Part shown: piece after piece, positions 1 through 9,519 of the stretch
How the letters are laid out: each line of letters begins with the position of its first letter
Numbering within the stretch: the stretch's first letter is position 1
Source: a virus
Lineage: Duplodnaviria > Heunggongvirae > Uroviricota > Caudoviricetes
IMG/VR virus record: IMGVR_UViG_3300047471_000949
DNA length: 64,000 nucleotides
Direction: 5' to 3' (one strand)
Position numbers and translations under genes: made by a program
Notes under the pieces: model-generated
What the model saw: only the letters and a program-made list of their open reading frames with translations
Database searches by the model: none
Told to the model about the DNA's origin: nothing

Positions 1-139
1 TATTGCTCGAACCAATCCTCTGGGCGGAACATCTGGGGCCGGAACTAAAGTCAATTTTGGTACTCCTCCGATTGTTTCACTAACGATTTTGGCTGAAGAT
101 GTTTATTATGCAGGAGCGGGGGAGGTTGGGAGCATTTAA
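1..139 (+). CDS. 3' end of an upstream CDS (partial, runs off the window start)
   Basis: Open frame from base 2 ending at TAA 137-139, directly upstream of the neck-gene block. Confidence 0.3.
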   Translation, partial: IARTNPLGGTSGAGTKVNFGTPPIVSLTILAEDVYYAGAGEVGSI

Positions 140-880
140 ATGTCAATACCAGCAACTCGCAATGATTTTAAGCTTTATTGCCTGCGCAAACTTGGAAACG
201 AGGTCATTAATATCAATGTCTCCGATAATCAGGTTGAAGATCGTATAGACGAAGCCATCATGTACTGGCAGACTTTCAATGGCGATGCGAGTACCCGCCA
301 GTTCTATCGATATGTGCTTACTGGACAAGACGTTGTAAACCAATATATTACGCTCCCCGATAACATTGTTGGGGCTGTTTCGATCTATCCTCCAGCCGAC
401 GCCTTCAATGCAACCTCGATGTTCTCTATTCGATATCAGATTGCCTTGAATGACCTCTATACCCTGACCTCGGTTTCTATGGCTCCATACTATATGGCGT
501 TTCAGCACATTGCGCTGCTAGAACAGTTATTGGTAGGATTTAAGCCAATCTCTTACAACAAGATATCAAATAAACTTCAGATCAACGCCGATCTTAATGT
601 GTGGGGGGCCGGGGCAGTAATTCTTATCGATTGTTTCCAGGTGCTTGATCCTGTTGCCTATCCGAGAGTGTGGGGGGACCGCTACCTAATGCGCTATGCT
701 ACTGCACTCATAAAGAAACAATGGGGACAAAACTTAGGGAAGTTCGGCCAGATGCAAATGCCTGGAGGTATCTATTTCAACGGTAAACAAATCTTCGATG
801 AAGCCTCGGCAGAGCTAGAAGAACTAGAACAAAAAATGCGATCAGAAACCGAAGTTCCGGCCTTACCTGAGATAGGATAA
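140..880 (+). CDS. virion neck/head-completion protein (T4 gp13-like, by position only)
   Basis: 246-aa ORF, first of three ORFs preceding the gp16/gp17/gp18/gp19/gp20 block in T4 order; no motif recognised. Confidence 0.35.
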   Translation: MSIPATRNDFKLYCLRKLGNEVININVSDNQVEDRIDEAIMYWQTFNGDASTRQFYRYVLTGQDVVNQYITLPDNIVGAVSIYPPADAFNATSMFSIRYQIALNDLYTLTSVSMAPYYMAFQHIALLEQLLVGFKPISYNKISNKLQINADLNVWGAGAVILIDCFQVLDPVAYPRVWGDRYLMRYATALIKKQWGQNLGKFGQMQMPGGIYFNGKQIFDEASAELEELEQKMRSETEVPALPEIG

Positions 881-991
881 TATGACTGCACCAAGCCGAT
901 GGGATTTAGCTAAATTAGATTTAGGACCAGTCATAGTTTTTATTGCGGGTATTTTGGTAGGTCTTTTTGGCGCGGGCTGGGGATCATTATT

Positions 992-1777
992 ATGCCTGTA
1001 GGAACTACAAACCAGTTTTTCCAAAACTACACCAATAAAAATGAACAGCGTCTATTAGAAAGCCTAATCGTAGAGTCGATTTCAATATACGGGGTGGACG
1101 TTTACTATATTTCCCGAACCTTTCATGATTACGATCCGCTGTATAGTACAGATGTGTCGTCATCGTATGAAAAGGCTTGGCTCATTGCTATCTATCTAAA
1201 AAACGTGCTGGGCTTTACTGGGGACCGTGAGTTTATGACGAAGTTCGCAGGTCTTGAGATTCGAGACCAGGTCATCTTTTCGATTCCTCGTCTAATCTTT
1301 CAGGAGACTATTGCGGACGATCCAGCGTTTCCGCCGTTGCCTCTTTCGATAACAGCTTCTGCCGCAAGGCCTCGTGAAGGCGATCTGATTTGGTTTCCAT
1401 TCAATAAAAAATGTTTTAAGATTATGTATGTGAACCTCACTGATCATTTCTTCCAACTGGGACATTTATATACTTGGGAAGTGACCTGTGAACTATTCGA
1501 ATATTCTGGGGAACAATTCAATACAGGCATTAAAGATATTGATCGAATCCAACTAGAAGGATCATTGAATATTCTCGATTATCTGGTTACCGATACCGAC
1601 GGAATAACGCCTCTGCTTAATGATCCCGATCACGATTATTGGGTAACCGATAGGCTACAAAAGATTGCTCCTCTTCAGGATAATATCAATGTTGATACTG
1701 CTGCGAATAATATAATCGAATGGAATGCCGATAACGTCGATCCGTTCAGCCAGGGTAATACCCAGCCGGGAGTTTAA
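992..1777 (+). CDS. neck protein (T4 gp14-like, by position only)
   Basis: 261-aa ORF; synteny only. Confidence 0.35.
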   Translation: MPVGTTNQFFQNYTNKNEQRLLESLIVESISIYGVDVYYISRTFHDYDPLYSTDVSSSYEKAWLIAIYLKNVLGFTGDREFMTKFAGLEIRDQVIFSIPRLIFQETIADDPAFPPLPLSITASAARPREGDLIWFPFNKKCFKIMYVNLTDHFFQLGHLYTWEVTCELFEYSGEQFNTGIKDIDRIQLEGSLNILDYLVTDTDGITPLLNDPDHDYWVTDRLQKIAPLQDNINVDTAANNIIEWNADNVDPFSQGNTQPGV

Positions 1778-1781
1778 TCGC

Positions 1782-2909
1782 ATGATCTGGGATGCATCTT
1801 CACAATCAGGAACTGCCGAGTATTTTTTCCACGACCTTCTCCGTAAGTATGTCGTGGTCTTTGGCCGCACCTTCTCCACGATTATGATACAGCGCTCTGA
1901 TGCTAACAGTGTTATCACCGATATAAAAGTTTCGCTAGAATATGGCCCCAAAGAAAAAAGCCTAGAAAGACTTTTAGCTGACCCTGATATAGATCGACCA
2001 TATTCGGTATTACTACCGAAAATGACCTTTGAGATAGAACCTCCTGGTATCTCTTATGATACTGAGCGTAAAATAGGCACCATTGAAAAAATAGTCCAAC
2101 GAAATCCCGACAATAAGAACCAACTACAAATAATGTATACGGCTGCTCCTTATAATATTAATTTTGCGCTGTATATCTATGTAAAGAACCAGGAGGACGG
2201 AGCCAAGATTTTAGAACAAATACTGCCGTTCTTCCAACCTGCCTGGGTGCCTCGAATAGAACTTATTCCTGAAATGAATCTGGTCCGAGATATTCCTATC
2301 GAGATTCGTCCAAATATGGACTATCAGGACCTTTATGATAAAGAGTTTAAGACTCGTCGGGTGATTATTTACACACTTCATTTCCGAATGCGAGCGCTGT
2401 TTTATGGTCCTGAACGCACCAAACCAATCATCAAGTTTACTACTCTCAATCTTAGAGCTGGTGTCTTCACCAACAATCAGATAACAATATCTTATGGAGG
2501 AGCTAATAGCGGCCTTCCGGCTGGCGCCAACATCTATTCCTATTCCAATAATCTTGTAACGGGAAGTGGAGTTATCAACCAAACTTCGTGGATGAATCTT
2601 GCCAATAATGTCAATACTGGAACGCTGCAGGTCAATGTGATAACGGGAAGTTTCACGGGAAACACTTTGATCTATACTTTTGGAAATACAGTAGTGGCGA
2701 ATGTGGTCTCGTGGGTCAACGGAATATATGATAACGATGGAAACTTGCTGTCCAACCCTGGAATAGCCGAAATCGTGGTATCACAACCAGGAGAGACCTC
2801 TACTGGCCATCCCACCGCAAATATCTCACAAACAGTTGACTGGAGCTTGATTGATATATCAGATGATTATGGATTCGCCTCGCAAGTGAAGGGCGGAGAA
2901 GTAACATAA
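1782..2909 (+). CDS. tail sheath stabiliser/terminator (T4 gp15-like by position) with a Gly/Asn/Thr-rich C-terminal extension
   Basis: In-frame ATG at 1782 after GGGAG avoids overlap with the upstream ORF (the track starts at 1725); synteny only. Confidence 0.35.
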   Translation: MIWDASSQSGTAEYFFHDLLRKYVVVFGRTFSTIMIQRSDANSVITDIKVSLEYGPKEKSLERLLADPDIDRPYSVLLPKMTFEIEPPGISYDTERKIGTIEKIVQRNPDNKNQLQIMYTAAPYNINFALYIYVKNQEDGAKILEQILPFFQPAWVPRIELIPEMNLVRDIPIEIRPNMDYQDLYDKEFKTRRVIIYTLHFRMRALFYGPERTKPIIKFTTLNLRAGVFTNNQITISYGGANSGLPAGANIYSYSNNLVTGSGVINQTSWMNLANNVNTGTLQVNVITGSFTGNTLIYTFGNTVVANVVSWVNGIYDNDGNLLSNPGIAEIVVSQPGETSTGHPTANISQTVDWSLIDISDDYGFASQVKGGEVT

Positions 2910-3385
2910 TGAAACACGAACATCATGTAATCCCAAAACACGCGGGAGGTGAGAATGGTCCAACGGTTCTACTAACAATCGAAGAACATGCTGAAGCTCA
3001 TCGAAAGCTTTATGAACATCATGGTCGTTGGCAAGATCGATTGGCTTGGCAAATGCTATCAGGTCAGATCGGAAAAGAGGAAGCGATAGGCCAGATTATA
3101 AGTGAAACTAATAAAAGAAGACTTGCTGATGGAACTCATCCTTTTATCGATACTGAATATCAAAAAAGGAACAACAAAAAGCGAGTTGAGAAAGGAACTC
3201 ACCACTTTCTTGGTGGGGAGATACAAAGAAATGTTGCTAATAAACGGATTGCTAATGGAACAAATCCATTTCTCAAGCTAAACAATACATCATATACTTG
3301 TCCTCATTGTAATCGAACAATCAAGACAAAAGGAAATTATATCCAACACATTGGGAGATGTAGGAACAATGTGGCAAGAACCTGA
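2909..3385 (+). CDS. HNH homing endonuclease
   Basis: N-terminal HEHHVIPKHAGGENGPTVLLTIEEHAEAH (His-Asn-His core); Cys pair CPHCN near the C-terminus; inserted between conserved structural genes. Confidence 0.7.
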   Translation: MKHEHHVIPKHAGGENGPTVLLTIEEHAEAHRKLYEHHGRWQDRLAWQMLSGQIGKEEAIGQIISETNKRRLADGTHPFIDTEYQKRNNKKRVEKGTHHFLGGEIQRNVANKRIANGTNPFLKLNNTSYTCPHCNRTIKTKGNYIQHIGRCRNNVART

Positions 3386-3659
3386 ACTGGCTAAGAAGAC
3401 CTGTCCAAATTGTGGGGCGCCAATCGGTAACGACATGCGACCATTAGGGGAGTGTTTTTACTGGGGCCAGATGAAATATAAGCTTGAAGCCGAAGCAAGA
3501 GATTATGCTGATTGGAAACGGCAAGGTTATGATCCTCCCTGTGAAGGCAATCACTATACTCAATGGTCACAACGTCGAGACCTCCAGCTGGGCTTGGTCG
3601 TGGTATGCCTACTCTTCGGGATACCCCTTCTACTACTGTTAGTGCTCTCTTTCAGCTAA
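3369..3659 (+). CDS. small zinc-ribbon protein with a C-terminal transmembrane helix
   Basis: CPNCG...C metal-binding pairs; C-terminal LGLVVVCLLFGIPLLLLLVLSF hydrophobic helix. Confidence 0.4.
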   Translation: MWQEPELAKKTCPNCGAPIGNDMRPLGECFYWGQMKYKLEAEARDYADWKRQGYDPPCEGNHYTQWSQRRDLQLGLVVVCLLFGIPLLLLLVLSFS

Positions 3660-3666
3660 ATACCCA

Positions 3667-4038
3667 ATGACCAATAGCGAACTACAAATGTTTAAGCCAA
3701 ACGAGGTTTCTAAAATCATTGAACAACCTCCTGCCAAAGATATTACTCCAGAAATCGTGCAAGATTTCGAGGTGGCAAGAGACAATATCCACGACACCAT
3801 CAAGATCACACAAAAGGCTGTAACCGAATGTGCGGATATTGCCGAACAATCACAAGGCTGGCAATATTATAACACCTTGGCTTCTCTGCTGCGAGCTTCG
3901 ATAGAAGGCAACCGAGAACTAATGGAGATTCATAAAAAGAAAAAAGAGTTACATCAGGAAGCTCCTCAACAGGTAACAAACCAAGTGATCCTCACATCTG
4001 CCGATATGTTACAACTTATCAAAGGAGATAAAAAATGA
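3667..4038 (+). CDS. hypothetical protein; candidate terminase small subunit (gp16 position)
   Basis: 123 aa, helical, two ORFs upstream of the large terminase with a C1 peptidase gene in between; no motif. Confidence 0.35.
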   Translation: MTNSELQMFKPNEVSKIIEQPPAKDITPEIVQDFEVARDNIHDTIKITQKAVTECADIAEQSQGWQYYNTLASLLRASIEGNRELMEIHKKKKELHQEAPQQVTNQVILTSADMLQLIKGDKK

Positions 4039-4805
4039 TTCTAGTCAGAGGAAAACACGGAATGGGTTGGCGAAACTCGCTGCCCGATATTCGAGACAAA
4101 AAGCTTTCGTTGAAGCTTGCTGAGCCTGATCTACCGTCTTCGTCTGAAATGGTAGCTTTGATTGACTGGATATATGATCAGGGTCAGGAATCATCGTGCA
4201 CCTGTAATTGTGGTGGCTCGCTGTTCCGTTATATTGAGAAGCACGATAATCTGAAAATGATAGCTCCTTCTCGTAATTTCCTTTACTGGAATGTGCGGGT
4301 GTTGGAGGGAGATGCTAGCAAAGATGCTGGTGCCCAGGTTCGAACTGTTCTAAAGTCTCTTGCTAATACAGGAGTTTGTTCCGAGGATGTATGGGATTAT
4401 AATAATAATACTCTATTCAATCAACCTCCAACATCCGCCTATAACCTTGCCGAACATAATAAAGTCAAGGTCTATATGGCGGTGGAGCATTCCCATACTG
4501 CGCTGCGATCTTGTATTGCTGAAGGTTATCCTTTTATCTTTGGTTTTTCCGTCTATAGATCATTCGAAAGTGATATTGTAGCCAGAACCGGCTGGGTTCC
4601 AATGCCTAGTGATAGTGAAGATATGGTTGGAGGTCATGCTGTTATGGCTGTTGGTTATGATGATGTGCATCGATATTATAAGGTGATGAATTCGTGGGGA
4701 CCACATTGGGGTGATAAAGGCTACTTCTACCTACCCTACGACTATATGGAAAGTGAAGACCTTGTGGACGATATTTGGACCGCCCGTTCTGTTGACCAGA
4801 CATGA
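4035..4805 (+). CDS. papain-like cysteine peptidase (MEROPS C1A-type)
   Basis: QGQESSC with papain Gln19/Cys25 spacing; GGHAVMAVGYDD (catalytic His block); NSWGPHWGDKGYFYLPY (Asn175 block); ATGA overlap with the upstream gene. Confidence 0.8.
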   Translation: MILVRGKHGMGWRNSLPDIRDKKLSLKLAEPDLPSSSEMVALIDWIYDQGQESSCTCNCGGSLFRYIEKHDNLKMIAPSRNFLYWNVRVLEGDASKDAGAQVRTVLKSLANTGVCSEDVWDYNNNTLFNQPPTSAYNLAEHNKVKVYMAVEHSHTALRSCIAEGYPFIFGFSVYRSFESDIVARTGWVPMPSDSEDMVGGHAVMAVGYDDVHRYYKVMNSWGPHWGDKGYFYLPYDYMESEDLVDDIWTARSVDQT

Positions 4806-6595
4806 CTAAACTAGAAATAGAAGGCTTAGGAGAAATAGAGCTTCCTGAAGCTGAAGCTCGCTTTGTCGATTACCGCGGCTATCGAGGTTTTGCGCTGCTC
4901 AAACGAGCTGGTGTCAAGATCGAATGGACGTCGGAACTAGTCACCGAATACAAGAAGTGCTCGGAAGACCCCATTTATTTTGTTGAAACATATATGCGAG
5001 TTGTTCATGTGGATCGAGGTCTAGTTCCGTTCAAGTTATATCCTTATCAGAAACAGCTTATTCAGAATATACACAACAACCGTTTCACCATCACCACAAT
5101 GGCAAGACAATCCGGCAAGTCAACCGCAGTTATTGCTTACCTGCTATGGTTCGTTTTATTCAACTCCTACAAGACAGTTCTAATTCTGGCTAACAAGGCT
5201 GAAACAGCTCGAGAAATCTTGGGAAAAGCCGCACTTGCCTACCTACACCTTCCCAAACATATCCAACAAGGCGTCACTGACTGGAACAAAGGATCGCTGA
5301 TGTTTGAGAATGGTTCCAGAGCTGTCGCACTCTCCACCTCAGACGTTGCTGCTCGTGGTTATGCCGCGAATATTCTGGTTATCGACGAAGCCGCCCACAT
5401 TGAACGATGGGAAGCCTTCGCTCAATCAACCCTGCCTATTGTATCATCGGGAGAAACCACCAAGATTGCTATGATATCAACACCATCCGGGCTCAATCAT
5501 TTCTATGCCTATTGGTCGAAAGCACAACTATATAATGTTCCTCCTGACAAGATACCCCCGAATATGAAATGGAATGGCTATGTTCCATTAATGGTTCGAT
5601 GGCCTGAAGTTCCTGGTCGTGATGAAAAGTGGCGGGAAAAAGAAATGATGCAGATGAACTTTGATCAACAAAAGTTCGATCAGGAATACAACTGCGATTT
5701 CATTGGTTCATCAGGAACACTCATTGCCGGATGGAAACTCAAGGAACTGGCGGGAAGGATTCCGTTATATCATAAGGATGGACTATACAAGTATGTCGAA
5801 CCCAAGCCGGACCATCTTTACATTATGACCTGTGATGTGTCGGAGGGCAAAGGCTTTGATTATTCGACCTTCCAGATCACCGATATTCGTCAAATGCCGT
5901 ATGAACAGGTTGCGGTGTTTCGTTCCAATACCATCACCCCCGGAGATTTCTCGGAAATAATGTATAGAACGGCCAAGGCCTATAATAATGCAGCGGTTCT
6001 GATTGAATATGAAAGCCTAGGCCCAGTGGTTGCCTATGACCTATTCAATAACCTGGAATATGAGAATATTCTTTTTACCAAAGCTATGGGGAGACTAGGC
6101 AAACAAATCACCCACCGAAACGAACCACAGGTTGACCTCGGCATCAAAATGACTACCAGAACGAAGTCCGAGGGATGTTCGATGCTCAAACTACTAGTTG
6201 AGCAAAATCAGTATATAATCAATGACCAAAACACCATCGAAGAACTTGCTCGATTTATTCGGGATGGCAAGAGCTATGCGGCGGAGGAAGGAACGCATGA
6301 TGATCTGGTTATGCCTCTGGTTATTTTTGGTTGGTTGTCTAATCAACAATATTTTCGCGATATAAACGACCTCAACACCCTCACCTTCCTGCGCGACAAG
6401 AAAACCGAGGACATTGAGGAAGACCTTATGCCGTTTGGCTTCGTTTTACGGGAACCACAAGGGGTTATGCCGTCAACGGCCAATTTACACCGCGAGCTTT
6501 GGATTACCTCCCGAACCAACATGAATCCAGTGTTTTCTCCCTATGTCCGTCCCGATGAACGAGACAATGACGAAGACGATCCAGTGAACTTTTGA
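4802..6595 (+). CDS. terL: terminase large subunit (T4 gp17-like)
   Basis: Walker A TMARQSGKST; Walker B ILVIDEAAH; C-terminal nuclease-like region; position ahead of sheath/tube/portal. Confidence 0.9.
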   Translation: MTKLEIEGLGEIELPEAEARFVDYRGYRGFALLKRAGVKIEWTSELVTEYKKCSEDPIYFVETYMRVVHVDRGLVPFKLYPYQKQLIQNIHNNRFTITTMARQSGKSTAVIAYLLWFVLFNSYKTVLILANKAETAREILGKAALAYLHLPKHIQQGVTDWNKGSLMFENGSRAVALSTSDVAARGYAANILVIDEAAHIERWEAFAQSTLPIVSSGETTKIAMISTPSGLNHFYAYWSKAQLYNVPPDKIPPNMKWNGYVPLMVRWPEVPGRDEKWREKEMMQMNFDQQKFDQEYNCDFIGSSGTLIAGWKLKELAGRIPLYHKDGLYKYVEPKPDHLYIMTCDVSEGKGFDYSTFQITDIRQMPYEQVAVFRSNTITPGDFSEIMYRTAKAYNNAAVLIEYESLGPVVAYDLFNNLEYENILFTKAMGRLGKQITHRNEPQVDLGIKMTTRTKSEGCSMLKLLVEQNQYIINDQNTIEELARFIRDGKSYAAEEGTHDDLVMPLVIFGWLSNQQYFRDINDLNTLTFLRDKKTEDIEEDLMPFGFVLREPQGVMPSTANLHRELWITSRTNMNPVFSPYVRPDERDNDEDDPVNF

Positions 6596-6610
6596 TAAGG
6601 AAGCTGTTTT

Positions 6611-6618
6611 TATAAATA
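6611..6618 (+). promoter_or_regulatory. T4-type late promoter TATAAATA
   Basis: Exact TATAAATA about 38 nt upstream of the gp18 start. Confidence 0.6.
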
Positions 6619-6656
6619 TCCTGAGAGAATTATAAGAATTCAAGGAGTTTATTTAG

Positions 6657-9005
6657 ATGACTTTTGCCGTTTCGCCTGGTGTTTCATTCAACGAATTCGA
6701 CCTTACCTTGACCGTACCAGCGGTTGCTGCAACTCCTGCTGCTTTTGCTGGTATTTTCCGATGGGGCCCTTTTACACAGCCAGTTCTGCTTGGCTCACAA
6801 CGCGATCTGGTTAGCCGATTTTATCAGCCATCTAATCTGTGCGGAGAGACCTGGTTTACAGCATGGTCGTATCTCGCCTATGGCGATGAACTATGGCTTG
6901 TTCGTACTGGAGATGTAACCGGCAATACCGTTCAACACGTCTATTCCAACACTGCTAACACATTTACAAAATCAAACACTGTCGTTCTACTGGATAATAC
7001 TGCGGGCATTTCTATTGGAATGAAACTGTTCTATGCATCCAACAACGATCATACAGGTCCGTCTCTGGCTCTTTCGCCAACTCAGACTAATGGCGTTTAC
7101 GTCAACCAGGTCAATACTACCTCGGTCACCCTGTCTTCGGCTCCATCAGCCAACCAAGGAAACTGTCAGCTAATCTTCCGTTCCAACATCTTCTATACTG
7201 CGGTGGCTCAGGAGAATACACAGCTACTGCTACAATGGGCCAAATACAATGTGCTCAATCAGAACAACTATTATACTGTCGTAGCAAACACCTTTGATCC
7301 TTCTATCCTCTATGTTGCCAAGTTCCCTGGAGCTGTTGGTAACTCGCTACGGGTCCATGTCTGCGATCATCCTTCTCAATGGTCATCGAACGTTAACCTG
7401 GTGCCTAATGCCCAAATCAACTCGCTAAATGCCTTTGTAACCGCCAATGTTGGTTCTAATGTTGTTACAGTCACTGTAACTCCTTCAGATGTTACCAATG
7501 CAGCGCAAGTTACCACAGCCAATGTTATTATTGGCTTGGCCTGGGGTTCTGTCGCGAATGGTGACTTTATTCAAACTGGTAACAGCGCAATGGGATACGA
7601 GTTCCTTGAGGTTACCGATGATACCGCGGCAATTGTCAAATCCGCCGCCAATGTGTTCTCGTTCACTCTGGCCATGGATGATCCTTATACCCTGATCGCC
7701 AATACGGTATCCAATACCTTCATTCGTTTCTGGGAACACGCACATCTGCTGGGAGTTCCTCCGGGACAATCTCAGTTTGTTCTGAATAATGGTAATACCT
7801 CGGCCTACGATCAGCTACATATCGTGGTCACTGACGAAGATGGTCAGTTCTCAGGCAATCCTGGGGAAGTTCTTGAGGTCTATTCCAATCTGACCCGCGC
7901 CACGGACGGCCTGGCACTTAATGGCGGATCAACCTACTATGCCAATGTGATCAATCGACAATCCAACTATATTTGGTTTGCCAACGATCGATCAACAGCG
8001 CCATCGGCCAATGCTGCGCAAGTAGCATCTTCAACAGCTACCGCTCCTCTATCTACTCCGCTACTTTATGGCGATGATGGACTTGGTGAAGGTGCTGTCT
8101 CTATCGGAACAATCGCAGCTGGATATAACTACTTCAGATCGGCCGAAGATATCGATATTGGACTGGTGCTAACTGGAAAAAATCTTGGAACAGCCTTCGA
8201 TTCAAACACCCAGCTTTCATCGTGGCTGATTAATAACATTTCATCGGCTCGCCGTGACTGTGTTACCTTCCTATCTCCCGATATATCATCGGTTGTGAAT
8301 AATGTGGGCAACGAGGCTGCGGCTTGTGTTGCGGCTCGAAATAGTTCGCTGCCTTCATCGTCATATGGATTTATGGATTCTGGCTACAAATGGATGTATG
8401 ATCAGTTCAACAATGTTTATCGTTGGGTTCCGCTCAATGGAGATATCGCAGGACTAGCTGCTCAGGTCGATCACACCAACGATCCGTGGTGGTCATTTGC
8501 TGGATTCAATCGAGGCAATATCAAGAACTTGATTCGTCTTGCTTGGAATCCACGAGAAGTGGAAAGAGACCAGCTATATCCAGCTGGAATCAATCCAGTT
8601 GTCTCGTTCCCTGGCCTTGGTACAATCCTTTATGGAGACAAGACACTGTTTGCTGAACCTTCTGCCTTCAACCGCATTAATGTTCGCCGACTGTTCATTG
8701 TGCTGGAGAAATCAATCTCGACTGCCTCGAAGTTCATGTTGTTTGAGTTCAATGACTCATTCACCAGATCACAGTTTGTCGCAATGGTTAATCCATTCCT
8801 GGCCAACGTGAAGAGCCTTCGTGGTATTATCAACTATTTGGTAAGATGTGATTCGACCAACAACACTGCCTGGGTTATCCAGAACAACCAGTTTGTTGCG
8901 GATATATTCATCCAACCGAATTATTCGATAAACTGGATAAAACTCAATTTCGTAAATGTGCCACCAACTGTTTCGTTTACCGAAGCAGAAGCCATCCAAT
9001 ATTAA
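6657..9005 (+). CDS. gp18: tail sheath protein (T4 gp18-like)
   Basis: 782 aa, immediately upstream of a recognisable gp19 tail tube gene; T4 order 17-18-19-20; own late promoter. Confidence 0.7.
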   Translation: MTFAVSPGVSFNEFDLTLTVPAVAATPAAFAGIFRWGPFTQPVLLGSQRDLVSRFYQPSNLCGETWFTAWSYLAYGDELWLVRTGDVTGNTVQHVYSNTANTFTKSNTVVLLDNTAGISIGMKLFYASNNDHTGPSLALSPTQTNGVYVNQVNTTSVTLSSAPSANQGNCQLIFRSNIFYTAVAQENTQLLLQWAKYNVLNQNNYYTVVANTFDPSILYVAKFPGAVGNSLRVHVCDHPSQWSSNVNLVPNAQINSLNAFVTANVGSNVVTVTVTPSDVTNAAQVTTANVIIGLAWGSVANGDFIQTGNSAMGYEFLEVTDDTAAIVKSAANVFSFTLAMDDPYTLIANTVSNTFIRFWEHAHLLGVPPGQSQFVLNNGNTSAYDQLHIVVTDEDGQFSGNPGEVLEVYSNLTRATDGLALNGGSTYYANVINRQSNYIWFANDRSTAPSANAAQVASSTATAPLSTPLLYGDDGLGEGAVSIGTIAAGYNYFRSAEDIDIGLVLTGKNLGTAFDSNTQLSSWLINNISSARRDCVTFLSPDISSVVNNVGNEAAACVAARNSSLPSSSYGFMDSGYKWMYDQFNNVYRWVPLNGDIAGLAAQVDHTNDPWWSFAGFNRGNIKNLIRLAWNPREVERDQLYPAGINPVVSFPGLGTILYGDKTLFAEPSAFNRINVRRLFIVLEKSISTASKFMLFEFNDSFTRSQFVAMVNPFLANVKSLRGIINYLVRCDSTNNTAWVIQNNQFVADIFIQPNYSINWIKLNFVNVPPTVSFTEAEAIQY

Positions 9006-9433
9006 GTTTTGACGTATTGGGAAGCCTTGTAAAGCAATTGGGAATCGTCGTTGAATATGCCGATTCCCATATTGCATTTCTGGCATAATAAGCCGCGCAC
9101 CTTATTCGTTTCGTGGTTATGATCTATATGCCAATGTCCCCTTCCGCCTGGTTTATCGGTTCCACATAGCTTGCATTGATGGTTCTGGTTGATAAGCATT
9201 TCTTCAATCATTTCAGGCGTCATTCCGAACTTCTTCTTACGAGCGAATATAACCCTTTCCTTTATGCGTTGTTCACGGTTAGCGTAATAGTCATCCAAGC
9301 TTTTTTTATTCAATCTTTCCTTATTCTCTAAATACCAGTTATGGTGATAAGTTTTGAGGTGGGCGACATGTTCCGGACTGTTATTCTTCCGCTTCTGTTC
9401 GTGTTGTTTTCGTAGGTGTTTGGGGGTAGGCAT
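9002..9433 (-). CDS. HNH homing endonuclease
   Basis: CKLCGTDKPGGRGHWHIDHNHETNKVRGLLCQKCNMGIG, classic HNH with flanking Cys pairs; opposite strand; wedged between gp18 and gp19. Confidence 0.85.
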   Translation of the reverse strand: MPTPKHLRKQHEQKRKNNSPEHVAHLKTYHHNWYLENKERLNKKSLDDYYANREQRIKERVIFARKKKFGMTPEMIEEMLINQNHQCKLCGTDKPGGRGHWHIDHNHETNKVRGLLCQKCNMGIGIFNDDSQLLYKASQYVKT

Positions 9434-9479
9434 TATTCATCCTATCATACCACCCCCATAAAGTCAAGCACTAAATAGC

Positions 9480-9487
9480 TATAAATA
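9480..9487 (+). promoter_or_regulatory. T4-type late promoter TATAAATA
   Basis: Exact TATAAATA about 33 nt upstream of the gp19 start. Confidence 0.6.
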
Positions 9488-9519
9488 AGAAGTAACTTTT
9501 ATAGGAGACTACAACTAAC

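Noticed and set aside
143-508. Antisense 121-aa ORF inside the gp13-like gene, and similar minus-strand track ORFs (e.g. 1655-1951, 2211-2582, 7485-7769, 10452-11870, 15552-16067, 27779-28234, 35458-35985)
   Set aside because: Each lies fully inside a well-supported plus-strand gene with motifs or T4 homology. The compositions are low-complexity (Ser/Arg-rich), typical of spurious antisense frames.
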